From assembly GCA_000934665.2 (NCBI GenBank), contig JYFJ02000923.1, positions 1 through 64,000 of the forward strand: DNA of 64,000 nt, written 5' to 3'. Of this stretch, positions 14,301 through 26,776 are shown in pieces. Positions within the stretch are counted from its first letter, which is position 1; the number at the start of each line of letters is the position of its first letter. A program made the position numbers and the translations under genes. The notes below the pieces were generated by a model, which was not told the DNA's origin, ran no database searches, and worked only from the letters and a program-made list of their open reading frames with translations. This DNA comes from Catajapyx aquilonaris (taxonomy: Eukaryota).

Positions 14301-17300
14301 CCCCCCTGCGGTATCCAATTGTTTACACTAGAAATTTATTTGCATAATTATGAACACCTTGCATGGTGTCAGGAGTAACAAACACGTATTATCGATAGCA
14401 CTAAATTATTGATCCAACCAGAGAATGGTCCTGATGTCACAATTTGCCGTTAATTGTTACGTTCATTGTTGACATGGTTGAAAGTCGTTGTTGCCCATTG
14501 TGTCTTCCGTACTATTCTCTGGTTGAATTGCATGCGTCTGATATATAATTCATGTAGGTAACACAGTTTTGAAAGTCATAATTTTAAAATTTTAATTTCA
14601 AACAAACTTTGTAATTATTTTTTTTGTTTACACATCTGATATGCTCTTTTGTGTTTCCTGCAACACTTTGACATGAAGCCTTCCCTTTCTCATCGGGTCA
14701 CCCTGGGTAACTGAACCACTGGATTATAATTACAGTATAGCAGTGTGTATATAATGATAGAAGTAAGCAACCAGCTCTCCAAGTGGATAAGCTACCCAAG
14801 GCGACCGGACTATGCTGGGCCTTTTGTGTAGAGACTCACTGGATTCATGTATTTCTAACCTTTGTTATTTATAATTTTTTTTCGTTCATAAACACCTAAG
14901 GGCATCATTGTGGCCTGCTAGGATGGTACAGCACCATACAATATAGCATTGTTTTGATTCTATAGCATGGCTATTTTTAACTTTCATCCGGCTTAATTAT
15001 CGTTCCCAGGGCTTAGTTGAGGCAACATGCCTGTGACTGTAGAGCATTGGTGATAAAAGGGTTTGCTGTGTATGAAAAGAAAAAGTCTTGTTAGTTTATT
15101 AATTTTGAACCTCCCCGTTGTAATACCCAACCGGACATCCTTAAGTTTTGACGTCTCGGTGACACCCTGTTTTTTAGTGCATATCCAAACACGACGGTTT
15201 GAATGCCCTCGTCCACTTATTCCTGCTGTTGCTGACGTTTCAATGAGTCCGTCAGTCTTGTTTGCAGGGCTGTTGAAAACGCTCGTGCGTTTCGTGAACA
15301 TGTCCCCCAAACCGGAACAAACACTTTTCCCGGACTTTTTTGGGGGGAGCTGACCAACCCTCCCCCCCCCTCACCCACACCAGATTCAGCCTAGGCGCTG
15401 TAATTAACGCTTTGATGTCACACATTAGAGTAAATAGCTACTTGGGCTGAGTGATATTAGCTATAGCACATACATTTCTTGTGTAGTGTCGGAAACCTTT
15501 TCATGATGTGGTGCGAAAAAGGGCCTTTGTGAGGTGCCTAGGTGATTAACTCTGGGCGTTACGTGCATTGTGTGTGAAGTGTGTGGTTATTATTTTGCAA
15601 CACTGTATTGTATCGGTTATCACTCATCAGACGGTATACTCCGCCTACTCCACAAAAACTTATTAGTATGTAACTCTTTCCAAATATTTTTTTCTCACGC
15701 CAGAGAAATAGAAACCAACGATTGCTCAAAAATTCTGAAAATCACTACTGTTTATTGTATTGTATCTTATATAAATAACATCACGAGAAGATAGGCGTAT
15801 ATGTTAACAAAAGTAACATTGCTGTTGAAATGTGAGTAAACAACCGAAATACGACTTTTCCGTCGGAATATGTCGGACTATGGTCGGACTATATAGTCCG
15901 ACCAAAATGCCACAGGCTTTGGGAAAGTTATTTTGTTACGCCTGCCTTTTGCTGAGAACAGTCCACTTTGTCATACGCCTCCGTTCCATGGTAGGCTAAA
16001 CAGGTCAGTTGAAAACGGCGCACAAAATGCTGAATATTGCCTTTCCCAACCTATACAAGTGTATGATGCAAATCCCTAAAATTCTTTTCCATCCCTTTTT
16101 CAATGTTGGACCGGAATGTCGTTGCTATTGCCGGATTTACGGGCGAGAAAAGAAAGGCGTCTATAAACCCAGATGAAAAGGCTACAGAAAAAGAGCAGCG
16201 TCCGACAACATGGAGCCAGGATTTTCTTGCACTTTTGTTGTCCAGATCCGCAAGTTCTTGGCTTCCAATTAGCATAATCCCTCCTATAGCAGCGCCCGAA
16301 TTCCTCATCTCCGGATATCCACATTGTTATAGGCCCCCGAAAATTTTAAGGGTGTGAATGAACATGCAAGGGCACGTGGCTGATGCAAATGTCGTCGGAC
16401 AGCCTGAATCGATTTTGAAAGGGGGGCCCTTTGTATCATTACTCTGGAGAGGAGGAAAGGGATGGTATGAGTATACGTATAGGTAGAGGGGGGGGGGGTA
16501 CGCGCAAAGTTGCTTTTAACGGAATTAGCCTAACCAGATACATATCAGCGCACAAACGGCCCCGGACGTATAATTAGAGGCGAACCCATCCTGGAAAATC
16601 CGGACCAATTTAGATGACAAGTCCGGGCCGGCAGGACAAGCGCATTGTCCCTATCGTCGCCTTATTCTAGAAGCGAAGGAAAACCGGGACAATAGGATAA
16701 TTATATCAATCACATAGGATTCAAGTCTTGGGAGACCATCTTCCAGGCGGAACTTCCGGAGATATGGCTTGCTCTGCGGGTATATCCCAAGCCTTTAATA
16801 TCGACCGAATGGATGCTTCCGCAATCGGCGAACCATTCGGCCATTAAGGATAAGGAGCCGCAAATAATGACAAGAGATTTGGGCGCGTGATGTACGGTAG
16901 GTTGGACTTGTGCCCATTCAGACCAGGCCAGTTGGGCCTGAATCAAACAGGCCCACATAAGCCGCCATATTGCATAATGGAGGACGTTCCGTGCTGGATG
17001 GGATGAGAACCCCGCAGAAGGCGACGGTTGCATGGCACTAAATCACCGGAACCTATTATGCATTTGGTGGCACACCGATAGTGAGGGAGAGAACGGAGTG
17101 TACTAATGTTTATGTGAGGTGAAAGCTATTATTGAGCTGGTGCTCGGCAGGAAACGGTTTCACACTTTTGAGTCCGATGGTGGTCGAGCTGTTCCAAACA
17201 CGTTTTGGCTATCGAGTCTAAGTTGTACATTCAGCTATTGTGTTTTACACAGTGACGCACTTGAGAAAAATATACTTATCCACCTCAAAGCGAATGTTAA

Positions 17301-20018
17301 GAAAAGTGTCAGCGTATATACAGGGGCAAAAATTACCCAGAAATTAATAAAATTCTCTCCTTGGGTACATATTTTATTTCCAACAGTTTTTTCTAAACTT
17401 TTAGCATGGTCATCTTGGGTAGCACGACAAAGCAAGCATGTGATTTGTATACCATGTTGAGTGTATCCATAGCCATATAGCGTCCCTTATGCAAGAATAT
17501 CAACTGTCGACCTTAACTGTTAGGTTAATTTTTCAGGGGCCAATGGAAAAAGATTCAATTGAAATTAAACCTGGTGATCCAGGAGGCCATACAATTATCA
17601 TTCCTCTATACCTATATCTTCATGGAAGATAGGGGTTTCGTACCTGAACATGCTGGAGAATATATTCTACTCTCTTCCTCGTCAATTACAGCTGGAACTA
17701 ATTCCAACAAGATGTCCCAATCTAATATAACCCCATAGTGAGGAGGCATCTCAATTATGAGTTGCCTAGGAAACAGATTGACATAGATTAAGATGGGACA
17801 ATTGAATGGTTTTGTGAGGGTCTCCTATAGGTAGCCAGACTCTGTCTGGCTGGATTTTTCCTGTGGAGTCATGTGTAAATCAAACTTTGCCTACCAGGTC
17901 AAGGTAAGCAGTTGACAACCCTCATAATGGATGCTGTGTCTATATGGTTACACGCTTACACCCAACAAAACACGTGAATTGAGACAGAATACCGGTATAC
18001 CTGTTCACTTTGTAGGGCTAATGTTGCAGAAAACACTTTGAATATTTATTTTTGAAATTATGTAATCCTGATGTGCATATAGGAAACCAATTTTTAGATA
18101 TGAATTTTTAATTATGTGTCGCAATCATCGGACACCCTGTGATATGCTCAGATGCTCCACAGTTGCCCTCATTCGGAACCGTTACGTTGGTTATCACAGG
18201 TTACCAACTTGTAGGACGTAAAGTTTAGTGACCGACCAGCAAACTCACGTGACCAGTCAAGACTTATTTATTGCCGTAAAAGCACCATGCTGGCAGTAAT
18301 CAAGTTCCTTCAAGCCCAGTATAATTTGCCGCTCCTGGAAATCGTGTTTTCCAAGCACTGATTTTTTGAAAAAAACTTCCTGCCCGTGTGCACATTAACT
18401 TTGAAATATTGCCATATTGTTCATTTCGAACTGGCAGTATAGCACTGACACTCATAAGTGTTGATGATAGACGGGGTGTAGAGAGAGGGGGAGGACACGC
18501 AATTGCACTTGAAAATCATTAGGCTTGAAATTGCTACCTGGGGACCTCGACTCATTTCCGGCTTTAGTGGTGCTGTAATTAACTTGGAGGGTATAGTGAG
18601 AAAGGGTATAGGGTAGGGTAATAGCAAAAAAAAAGCAAAGTTTGATGAAGACTGAACGCATGTGACATGCCTTCCATTTTTGACTCTAAGAAAAGGCTAT
18701 TATGAGTAACAAACAGCTTTTTGGATCTGGTTACATGTTTTGAGGTTTGACCTTTTTTTATGGCGGGAGATTGAACCAGACGGGTAGGCCCCGAAGCTCC
18801 CATAACCCCTGCTTTCCCTCCCACACACCCGCCCCGTTAATCACACGGCTGCATGCATATACACACTTGACGAGAGCGATTCCCTTGCCATCTCGTAACG
18901 CGATTATCACAGAGGGGGGTGGACGGGGGGGGGGGGGTATGGGAGNCTGCTGCTGCAAGGCTTGTTCCCTTATGAATATTTCACATTCACCCATGAGCGG
19001 CTTTGATCAAGATCGCTTTTGCAATCCACCTAATTTGGACCATTGTATTCATTATTTGGAGGGGACCAATTTTCATATGAAAATTAATTTTCCCATCCAA
19101 CGCGTCCAAATCTACGTACCGCGTATATGAGGCAATGTGAGCGTCTCCTTTAAATTTTGAGCACTCGAATTGGATTAGGAACGATACAGAGGCCAAAAAA
19201 AAAGCTGTTCCCACGAGAGAATCGAGAAGCTCATCTTCCTCTTCTTAGAGTGGGGATCAAGTGGGACCTTTTCTTGGTCTCCTCGGATAAGCAAGTTTGA
19301 ACAAAAAGGGAAAAGGTGAAAAAAAGAAAATGGGAGGAAAATACACACCAAATTCTCCTTCCTGTTTCTCTACTGTTGTTGCACCACACTTGGGTACTCC
19401 AGGGGATCCAGTCGTGTAAGGTTACGCCTTGCTAATACTGTTAGGCCAGGGCTGCCATTAGAAACGGGACGTCAGGCGTTGCAGTTGTTCATTTACACGG
19501 GGAACTGCTCGTTTATTCTAGAGAGAAATCCTTCTGTGCCTGGTTCCAATTCATGCTGGGTGGTGTCAAGCATTTGGGGGGAAGGTGTATTTTGCCGCAG
19601 TAGCTTGTTCTGACTTGTGGCTTTAAGGCGTAGTAAATTTGGCTCTTATCGATACTGGTTCTGATCAAATCCTCTTAGGTGCTGTGTATTATAGAGGCAG
19701 TCGAAATATAGCCTTAGTTAAACGTTGTGGGAGTCAAAAGTTTGGTTATCTTGAACACTTGGCACTTGCTGTGTTTTAACGACCTGAGCTAATTTCGTGA
19801 CTGTGCCATGCACGCCAAGTGCTCTTTGTAAAGTAGCGGCTTGCTGGATTATAATACCAACAAATTAACCTGCTATCTGACAGGTGCATTCAACTTAGAG
19901 GACATAGCTCGTGCTTCAAAAGTCTGCTCAGATTGGTATCTACACTTAGGTTGTTGCACGATTCTTACCCAAGATGTCAACTGGAATCACGTTTTGTCAC
20001 AAACTTCATACCGTTATT

Positions 20019-20316
20019 TTTTTATTATTATGTGTGTGTTTTTTTAACACCCCGTGATAGGGCGGAGCCTTCTTAGGGGGGAAGGGAGGTTCCCAAGGGA
20101 GGCCGCTGTAGTTTTTAGTCATTTCTGACTTTGTGAAATACACCAGGCCTTTTCTCCTGGCCCTGGGCAGAGTAGGGAGTGCAATTCTGCCTCGGCATGT
20201 CAGGTGAAAAGCGGAAAAAGACCCGGCCAAGCAGAGGTGACGGGGACGGGATTTGAACCCCGGCCTCCCGCTTGGCTGGCCAGTGGCGTAACCATCACTA
20301 GACCACCATGTCTCCC
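20019..20316 (-). mobile_element. tRNA-derived SINE (family C) with 13-bp TSD
   Basis: Minus-strand head GGGAGACATGGTGGTCTAGTGATGG (A box) ... GGTTCAAATCCC (B box), A-rich tail. TCATACCGTTATT is duplicated at 20006-20018 and 20317-20329. Confidence 0.88.
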
Positions 20317-23070
20317 TCATACCGTTATTATTCGTTATTAATGCCAGGAGCAAATAATTGTCGGAAGTATTTGGATTTCTTATCGAGGCTAAATTGCGGA
20401 AACAATTGACTAAATGATACCTAATGATTGAAATCAGATTAGGACATGGTGTAACATCCCATCATACTTTCACATTAATCAGTAACTGGATGCGCCTGCC
20501 CGGATTATTAGTGGCCTTATCTGATGTCACCGGAAAAAAATGGTTTGTGGACAGTAGCTGCAGTGTTTACCGTCCCCCAAACCGGGGATCGGGCACGGAC
20601 ATTTATTAATAATAACTCCGCCAAAAAAGGCGGACAAAATCGTGATCGTAAAAAAGTGATACGCGCACATCATGAGGTTAAGTAATTGAGGGCAGTTTGA
20701 GCATGTACTGCAAACATTGACTGGTTGTTGACCTCAGCATGGCAGATAAAGCGGGATTACTCTGCTTTAGCTAATCAAAGAAATTATAACCACCTTCTCT
20801 GCACACTCAGCCACCGGGGTTTAGAGCTTGTCAAGGTTTTATGACGCGTCGTAAGTACTTAATGGCGCTTTGGAAATCATGTGGAGTTTGCACTAGAATT
20901 TTCAGTAGTAGCGTCCGCTTATTTAACACTGTTTTTTATGTTCTTGATTATACGGTGCATAATAATTACGCTACCGTTAAGGGATCACGTTGCAAATCAA
21001 AAAGCTGCCCATTCATCTCAAACCCTATCCAAATGAGAATTTCACATAGGAAGCTGATGGAAAGTATCGGCATGTAGCGTGAGTTTCGAGGTTGAATAAA
21101 ACAACCTTTAGAAAGACCAGGCATATTGCTTTCATCAGGACTAACAATTGGGCCAATTCCATATCTTGAGGGAGAAGACAAAATGATTAGCGAATGCGGG
21201 GCAGAGTCGGGACGAGCCAACAGGCTGTTCTAATCACATTTGCAAGTTAATTGGCATTGCTGGCGCTGCTCCGCAAGGAATTCAAGTGAGGGAAAGGAAG
21301 GGGGCTGGGAAAGAGGAGCACTTGGCCTAGGTCTCTCTATGATTATTCTGCATTTCTATTCTCTAATTGCATTATTGCACGGTACATATCCAGGATTCGC
21401 ACGCGGAGGCGCGCCTGCTGCACTAGAGGCTCTTAAATGATGACGTTGGGACACGCCCATTGTTAGTTCGGGACTGATGGGGAATGCTTCCCTTTCTTAA
21501 GTGGAAAGTGGCTATGTCTATTGCTCCTGAGTCTATTAGAGCTTGATCCGATTGTCAGTTGCTGCGTGCTTTCTTTGAATGGGATACTTATGGACGGTTA
21601 CTGCAGTTCTCGCCTTTTCATTCGTGTAGAAAGGAACGGGTGGGGATTGTAGTGTCTTCATGAGTTGGTTAGGTTAAGCACTTGTATTGTGATATCGCAT
21701 AGTATGCAGTCGCTGAGACAAATTAAGTGTACTAGGCTGTCCCAATACAAAAGTGAATTGTATAGCCCTTTTCAGTTGAAATCGTAAAAAATTGAAGATC
21801 TCAGATCAAAAATGTTTTATGTCATATTTTCAGACGTTCTAAGTTATGAGTGGTGGCAACATTTACAAGCCATTATAGTCTACTCATCGTTTGGTGTACC
21901 AAAATCATCGACCTGCTTTTTATTACAAACCAGCATTTTTTAATTTTCAAATATTTGTATTCGGATCAAAGGTATGTACAGTACAGTGTATATCTCGTTT
22001 CATATTTGAACATATTAATACACAAACAAAACGACTGCCATTGATGATATGAAAAGAACTTTACGGTAATTATAAACTCATCATAAAAAGGTGCAAAGAG
22101 AACATGGCCTGCCCCTGATGGCGCCTATACAAACTGACACTATTTTGTACGAATAATTGCCATTAAAAAAAAACTTGGCAAAAATATATCCAGCTCGTAA
22201 CCATCAGCACTCTAGCAAGGTGAAGATATTTGTTCCATATACCTTTCACAACAATGTGCTGACGGTTACATTACCTCCAGAACACGTTTGTCCTCTGAAC
22301 TTGTTTATTGACCTACAGCTTCTTATTCCCAAACATCCAGCCTACTTCCGATCACAATAATGTGATTGTAAACTACACCCACCCATTCAACATCTACATA
22401 GCTCGATACTTGAAAATGACTCCTACAACACATGCTTTTTTTCCCCCCCTCGTCCATACCACAGACCTTGCTGCCGTCTTTTGACTCGCACAGATTGTTG
22501 GCCGTTTTCACGATACAATGTATTAGGTCGTTTGGCAGGCGCGGGAAGCAAATCAGGTGAGACTGCTTTCCCAGCAGAGAAATCGGTAATCAATGCTCTG
22601 CGAGTTTGCTCCCATTTTGGTCCAGAAAAAGGCCGAGATGGAGAGGAGTAAAAGTATACAGCGCAGTGTATTGGAAATGGCACGCCAGGACACAAACGGC
22701 CTTCGGAGAGAATTCAGCCTATAAAAATTTGCATGCCAAGTTTGCAGCGCAGTAGACAATACTGTCGGCGGTCCAAAATTGGCTCGCTTCATGCCCGAGA
22801 TATGAGATGACGAAGAAGCGAACGTGAGAACAATATGCATCAGTACTGGAGGTTGGTCTCTTGGTTCTCTAGACACGCTGAAATAATAATTGGACAGGCA
22901 AAAGGTGGGCACCTAGTCCGAAACATGACAATGTCATCAGAGTTATCGAGTTAGATTCGGCTAATTGGATTACGAGTTCAAAGTTAGGGCTGGAATTAGT
23001 TGGTGTGGAGTGACGAGCATGCATGCTAGTTGCTGACCATTCTTTGTTTTGTCTCTTTATAGGAAGGAGA

Positions 23071-23223
23071 ATGGTTGGGGAGGCCAAAATGGTGGTTTTG
23101 GCCAGCTTCTTGCTGATGGCCACCACTTTCCGCCAATTGCCTGGACTGTCTGCGCAGAGGGCACCCTGCTACGAGTGTGAGATGTATAAGGATGCGCACC
23201 CTGATTCCAACCCGTATGAGGAG
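23071..23223 (+). CDS. Ccn: CCN-family gene, putative coding exon 1 (signal peptide plus short N-terminal extension)
   Basis: Pyrimidine tract and AG at 23061-23062, ATG 23071 (second in-frame ATG 23089). Encodes MVGEAKMVVLASFLLMATTFRQLPGLSAQRAPCYECEMYKDAHPDSNPYEE, with a hydrophobic core and LSA/Q cleavage-like site. Ends GAG|GTAAGT in phase 0, matching the phase-0 acceptor at 50551. The link across the 27-kb intron is inferred. Confidence 0.72.
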
Positions 23224-23519
23224 GTAAGTTGATTTCCGGATGTTGCTTGTATGTAAGATGCAATGTAAGGCCATTTACAGGTCAAGTCAAGTCGACATAA
23301 TTTACTCCAGACCCACTGTTTGCATACTAGGTACAGTGTATTACCAAGCTTGTTCCACAAATTGATCATTTTACTGTACGTCAACATTGTGGCATTCTGT
23401 TGACACTAAACAAATGACCCCGACAGTAACAAGAGAATTTCACCATGCTGATATTTGGCAGATTGTCAATTTGCGTTTCTGGGTTAGTAATACTGTGACT
23501 GTAGCAATCAAATTAGTGA

Positions 23520-23744
23520 AGTGGATCTTGACGAGGTATAGATTAAGCTGTCCTTTGTAAATGGCCCTAACAACCACATAGGTTAGGTCCACACTTATAA
23601 TACACTCTTAACCATTTACCTTCTCTAGAGANAGTGGATCTTGACGAGGTATAGATTAAGCTGTCCTTTGTAAATGGCCCTAACAACCACATAGGTTAGG
23701 TCCACACTTATAATACACTCTTAACCATTTACCTTCTCTAGAGA
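23520..23744. other. 112-bp direct duplication around a single N (probable scaffold-join artefact)
   Basis: 23520-23631 appears identical to 23633-23744; N at 23632. Confidence 0.85.
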
Positions 23745-23763
23745 GGGTAAATGGTTAAAAGTG
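23716..23763. mobile_element. 48-bp palindromic mini-element with CACT...AGTG ends flanked by TA (EnSpm/CACTA-like, tentative)
   Basis: TA|CACTCTTAACCATTTACCTTCTCTAGAGAGGGTAAATGGTTAAAAGTG|TA. The same 22-bp end TACACTCTTAACCATTTACCTT also occurs at ~9772-9793. Confidence 0.6.
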
Positions 23764-25743
23764 TATTGCGGACGACCCTCAAGCTTAATTTATGGGCTTA
23801 TAACAACCCTTATCGTTCAACACGATTACAACGCTCCAGGTCAAGTAGTGGAAACTAGTCATAGTTTTGAGTCTGCAACATTATGGGATATAGTACCGAC
23901 TGGTAAGGGCACAGGTAAGTTAAATGTACTGCACCAAAGTGAATAAACAAAATGTACCGGTACAATTTTCCTGGAACGATATACAGACCACGATGTCACA
24001 AGTTTTTTGAAAAAAGTTACTAGGTTACCTTTTGCTGACGTCTGTACCTGCATCACTTGATACAGTGAAAAGGTTTTCGACGTACCGTGTTATTAGGGGA
24101 TATCATGGTCCACAGAACCCTGGACTTCCGTGACTGAGTGACACTGGGACGTGACTCGCTTTATCGATAGTTTCGTATACTCAGCCGGGTTGATGCTAGC
24201 GAATTTTCTCGGACGCACAAATACTTTTTCTAAGGACCATTTTCTGACAAAATAGATATCACGATGAGTTTGTACAAGATGCTCTTCTGCATACGAAAGC
24301 ATCGCTCACTTTTTTTTTGTTTCTAGAAGTAAACAGGCGATGCCTCCCTGAGAGAATATCGATTCGTCGCAATCAACAAAATGCTCCTTTGGTACTGCGT
24401 ATTCAACCCTCGTTTCTCCATTTCGACTCGTTCCTTTTTATTTATGTACCTACTTGGACTAGAGTAGCTAAAAGTTCTCTCCTATACCAGTCCTTTCCAT
24501 CTGCCTGAATCTGATCAGGCCGAAGTGCAACCTTCATTTAAATCTCCATTGAATGTCGCATACCTCCACATTTTTCTTACTTAGCAATTATCCGATTCTT
24601 GCTAGATCCTCCCTAAACCCCCTCTAGGGTCCGAGGCCCGAATCTCCCACGTGACAATCGCTAATAAATTGAAAGGCTATGCAACTACATCAAAAATGAC
24701 ATATTGTACAGTAGTCCTGAGTGCATAACTAATTTGGACGGGTAATACCAACCATGCTTTTGATTTACAGAGGAGATTTTGGACCACGGACACAAACGTA
24801 AAGATCAGTCTATTAGTGTGGGATTTATGTGCACTCAACGTATCGATTCTCCGTTTATTACATTAATCCAACAAAACTGGTGCGGGAGATTGAATTTCCT
24901 GGGAATAACTGTGATTGGTGGTTTGAAGGATGTGGCATTTTAAGGGCGAATGGTGCTAGGGGTTTTTTTTAACGTTCCTTGGTTTTTTTTTTCTTTTGCG
25001 AAGGAAAAGGGGAGAATGTAAGTTGGGATAGATGACGACTGCCCTCGTCACGAGGCGAGTAGCCATTTTCCAGCTGAAAAGAGATAAAACTGCGACACGT
25101 ATACTCGCAGTTTTGGGGGACCAGTCTTTTGTTGTACCCACCAAGCAGCTCACTTTTATGTGTTTTTTTGTAGCGAGTTTTTTTTCAGTCTGGTGGGGAC
25201 GTGAGGGGCATAAGCCACGTAGTTGGACGTGAATTGTATGAAAGAAGGAGATTATCCAGATAGGCCTTGTGGCGACTACAACGCCAGTGTAGTTCCAAAT
25301 CCGTGCCAAAAACCTCCAGGGCTTATACCAAACGCTCAAAATTGAACCTCACTTTTTTTTTGCAAATTAACTGCGAATTGATGCCGTTATTGTAACCTGC
25401 AATTCAGCACGCTTCAGCGACACGATGCGAACGTATACAGCTGGTCAGGTCGCAAAAAAACTCCCATAAAATTAGCATAAAGCGACTCATTATTCCCAAG
25501 TTTTCCCCAAACTCTACTAACAACTTTTAAAAGTCGAGAGGCAGACCGAAGAAATTCGCTGATTCGCCTCATTTTTTTTTCTCTTCGTTGTACACAACTG
25601 GGAGAAAAACTTTCTTCTTCCTCTTCTTTTGCCTCCTTCTGAATCGTGTTTGGGCTTATTTCCCGAAAGCCCCACCTTTTCGTGAGCACTGTTAGTTGGC
25701 AATTTTGCAGGCTGGAGGAGACACAAAATAAAAATATATAGTA

Positions 25744-26054
25744 CTAGCTGCGGCACCCGGCGTTGCCCGGGAAGAAATGAATGAAGGGAAAACACCTGCC
25801 AGTACCCCCGTCAACTGTCTGTCTTTCTGTGTGTCCGCCCACCAATGCCATCTGAGGTCCTGCTACTCCAACACCTTCAACCTCTCCCGCCTGTATAACC
25901 ACAACCGTCATTTCCCTGCCATCTGTAGTCAACCCCCAACACCTCCATCCTCTCCCGGCCTGGGGCTGAGCACAGATGGCAGGCAAATGACGGTTGGCAG
26001 GCGGACAGACAAACAGACAGACAGACTCACAAACGGCTTTATTTATATAGAAGA
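25744..26054 (-). mobile_element. Non-autonomous Helitron-like element
   Basis: Minus strand starts TCTTCTATATAAATAAA, contains a (CTGT)n microsatellite, and ends with hairpin CCCGGGCAACGCCGGG followed by CTAG|T. Confidence 0.8.
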
Positions 26055-26081
26055 CTAGCAGGTTACCCGGCGTTGCCCGGG
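26055..26081 (-). mobile_element. 3' terminus of a second Helitron-like element abutting the first
   Basis: Identical hairpin CCCGGGCAACGCCGGG plus CTAG. 5' extent not determined. Confidence 0.7.
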
Positions 26082-26565
26082 TATGTTGGGGTGCTGGTAA
26101 AGATAGGGGTACATATCTGTGATAGATTACCTGCTTGTCTTATAGCGTACAGTCGACACGGATATGCTGATTGGATGGGTAAAAGGAGGAATGCGGATGG
26201 AGTTGGCCCAGGAAAAGACTGCACAGCCATGTGTTTTTTCCCCTCCATTTTTGACCCCTTGACCCCCCCCCCTACCCCACTTCACACCCCGACCTCGTTC
26301 CATATGTTTGCTCTGAAGAACTTTAGAAATGTACGTACAGATGTATGATGGGAAATTTTGTTTTCAACACGAAGTAATATTTTGCAAATACTGTGTTATT
26401 TAATTGTATTTACTTAGTCTGGAAGTTTACTTTCAAATCCCACAAAATCCCGGAATTACCATAAGATACGAAGTCACGTGAGGTGGCCAATTAGCGTAAT
26501 TGGTGGATGCGTTGTATTTACTGAGATGGTATTTGCTAGGTATTGTGGCATAAGGGCATTTCCTA

Positions 26566-26776
26566 GGGGAGACAAAGTGGCGCTGCGGAAACGTATGCTC
26601 CCACGGATGTTAAGGTCCTGGGTTCGATCCCAGCCCGGGGTTCCCTCCTTCATCCCGTGCAGAGTTGGGTCGTCTCTGGCTTCGTTTCGGGTGGAATCTC
26701 CTCAGACTAATCCACCCGGGGGAGTTCACAAAATATACCGTTTGAGAATTGCACTTGCACCTTGCATATCCCCTCC
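26566..26776 (+). mobile_element. tRNA-derived SINE (family A), copy 1
   Basis: A-box-like TGGCGCTGCGG and B box GGTTCGATCCC (26621-26631). About 210 bp alignable by eye to the reverse complement of 41696-41909. 3' boundary uncertain. Confidence 0.82.

Noticed and set aside
22720..22726. TATAAAA as the CCN promoter
   Set aside because: The strong acceptor at 23062 implies an upstream exon, and a lone TATA match in AT-rich DNA is uninformative.
23520..23744. Exact tandem duplication as a biological event
   Set aside because: Centred on a single N, typical of an unmerged contig overlap.
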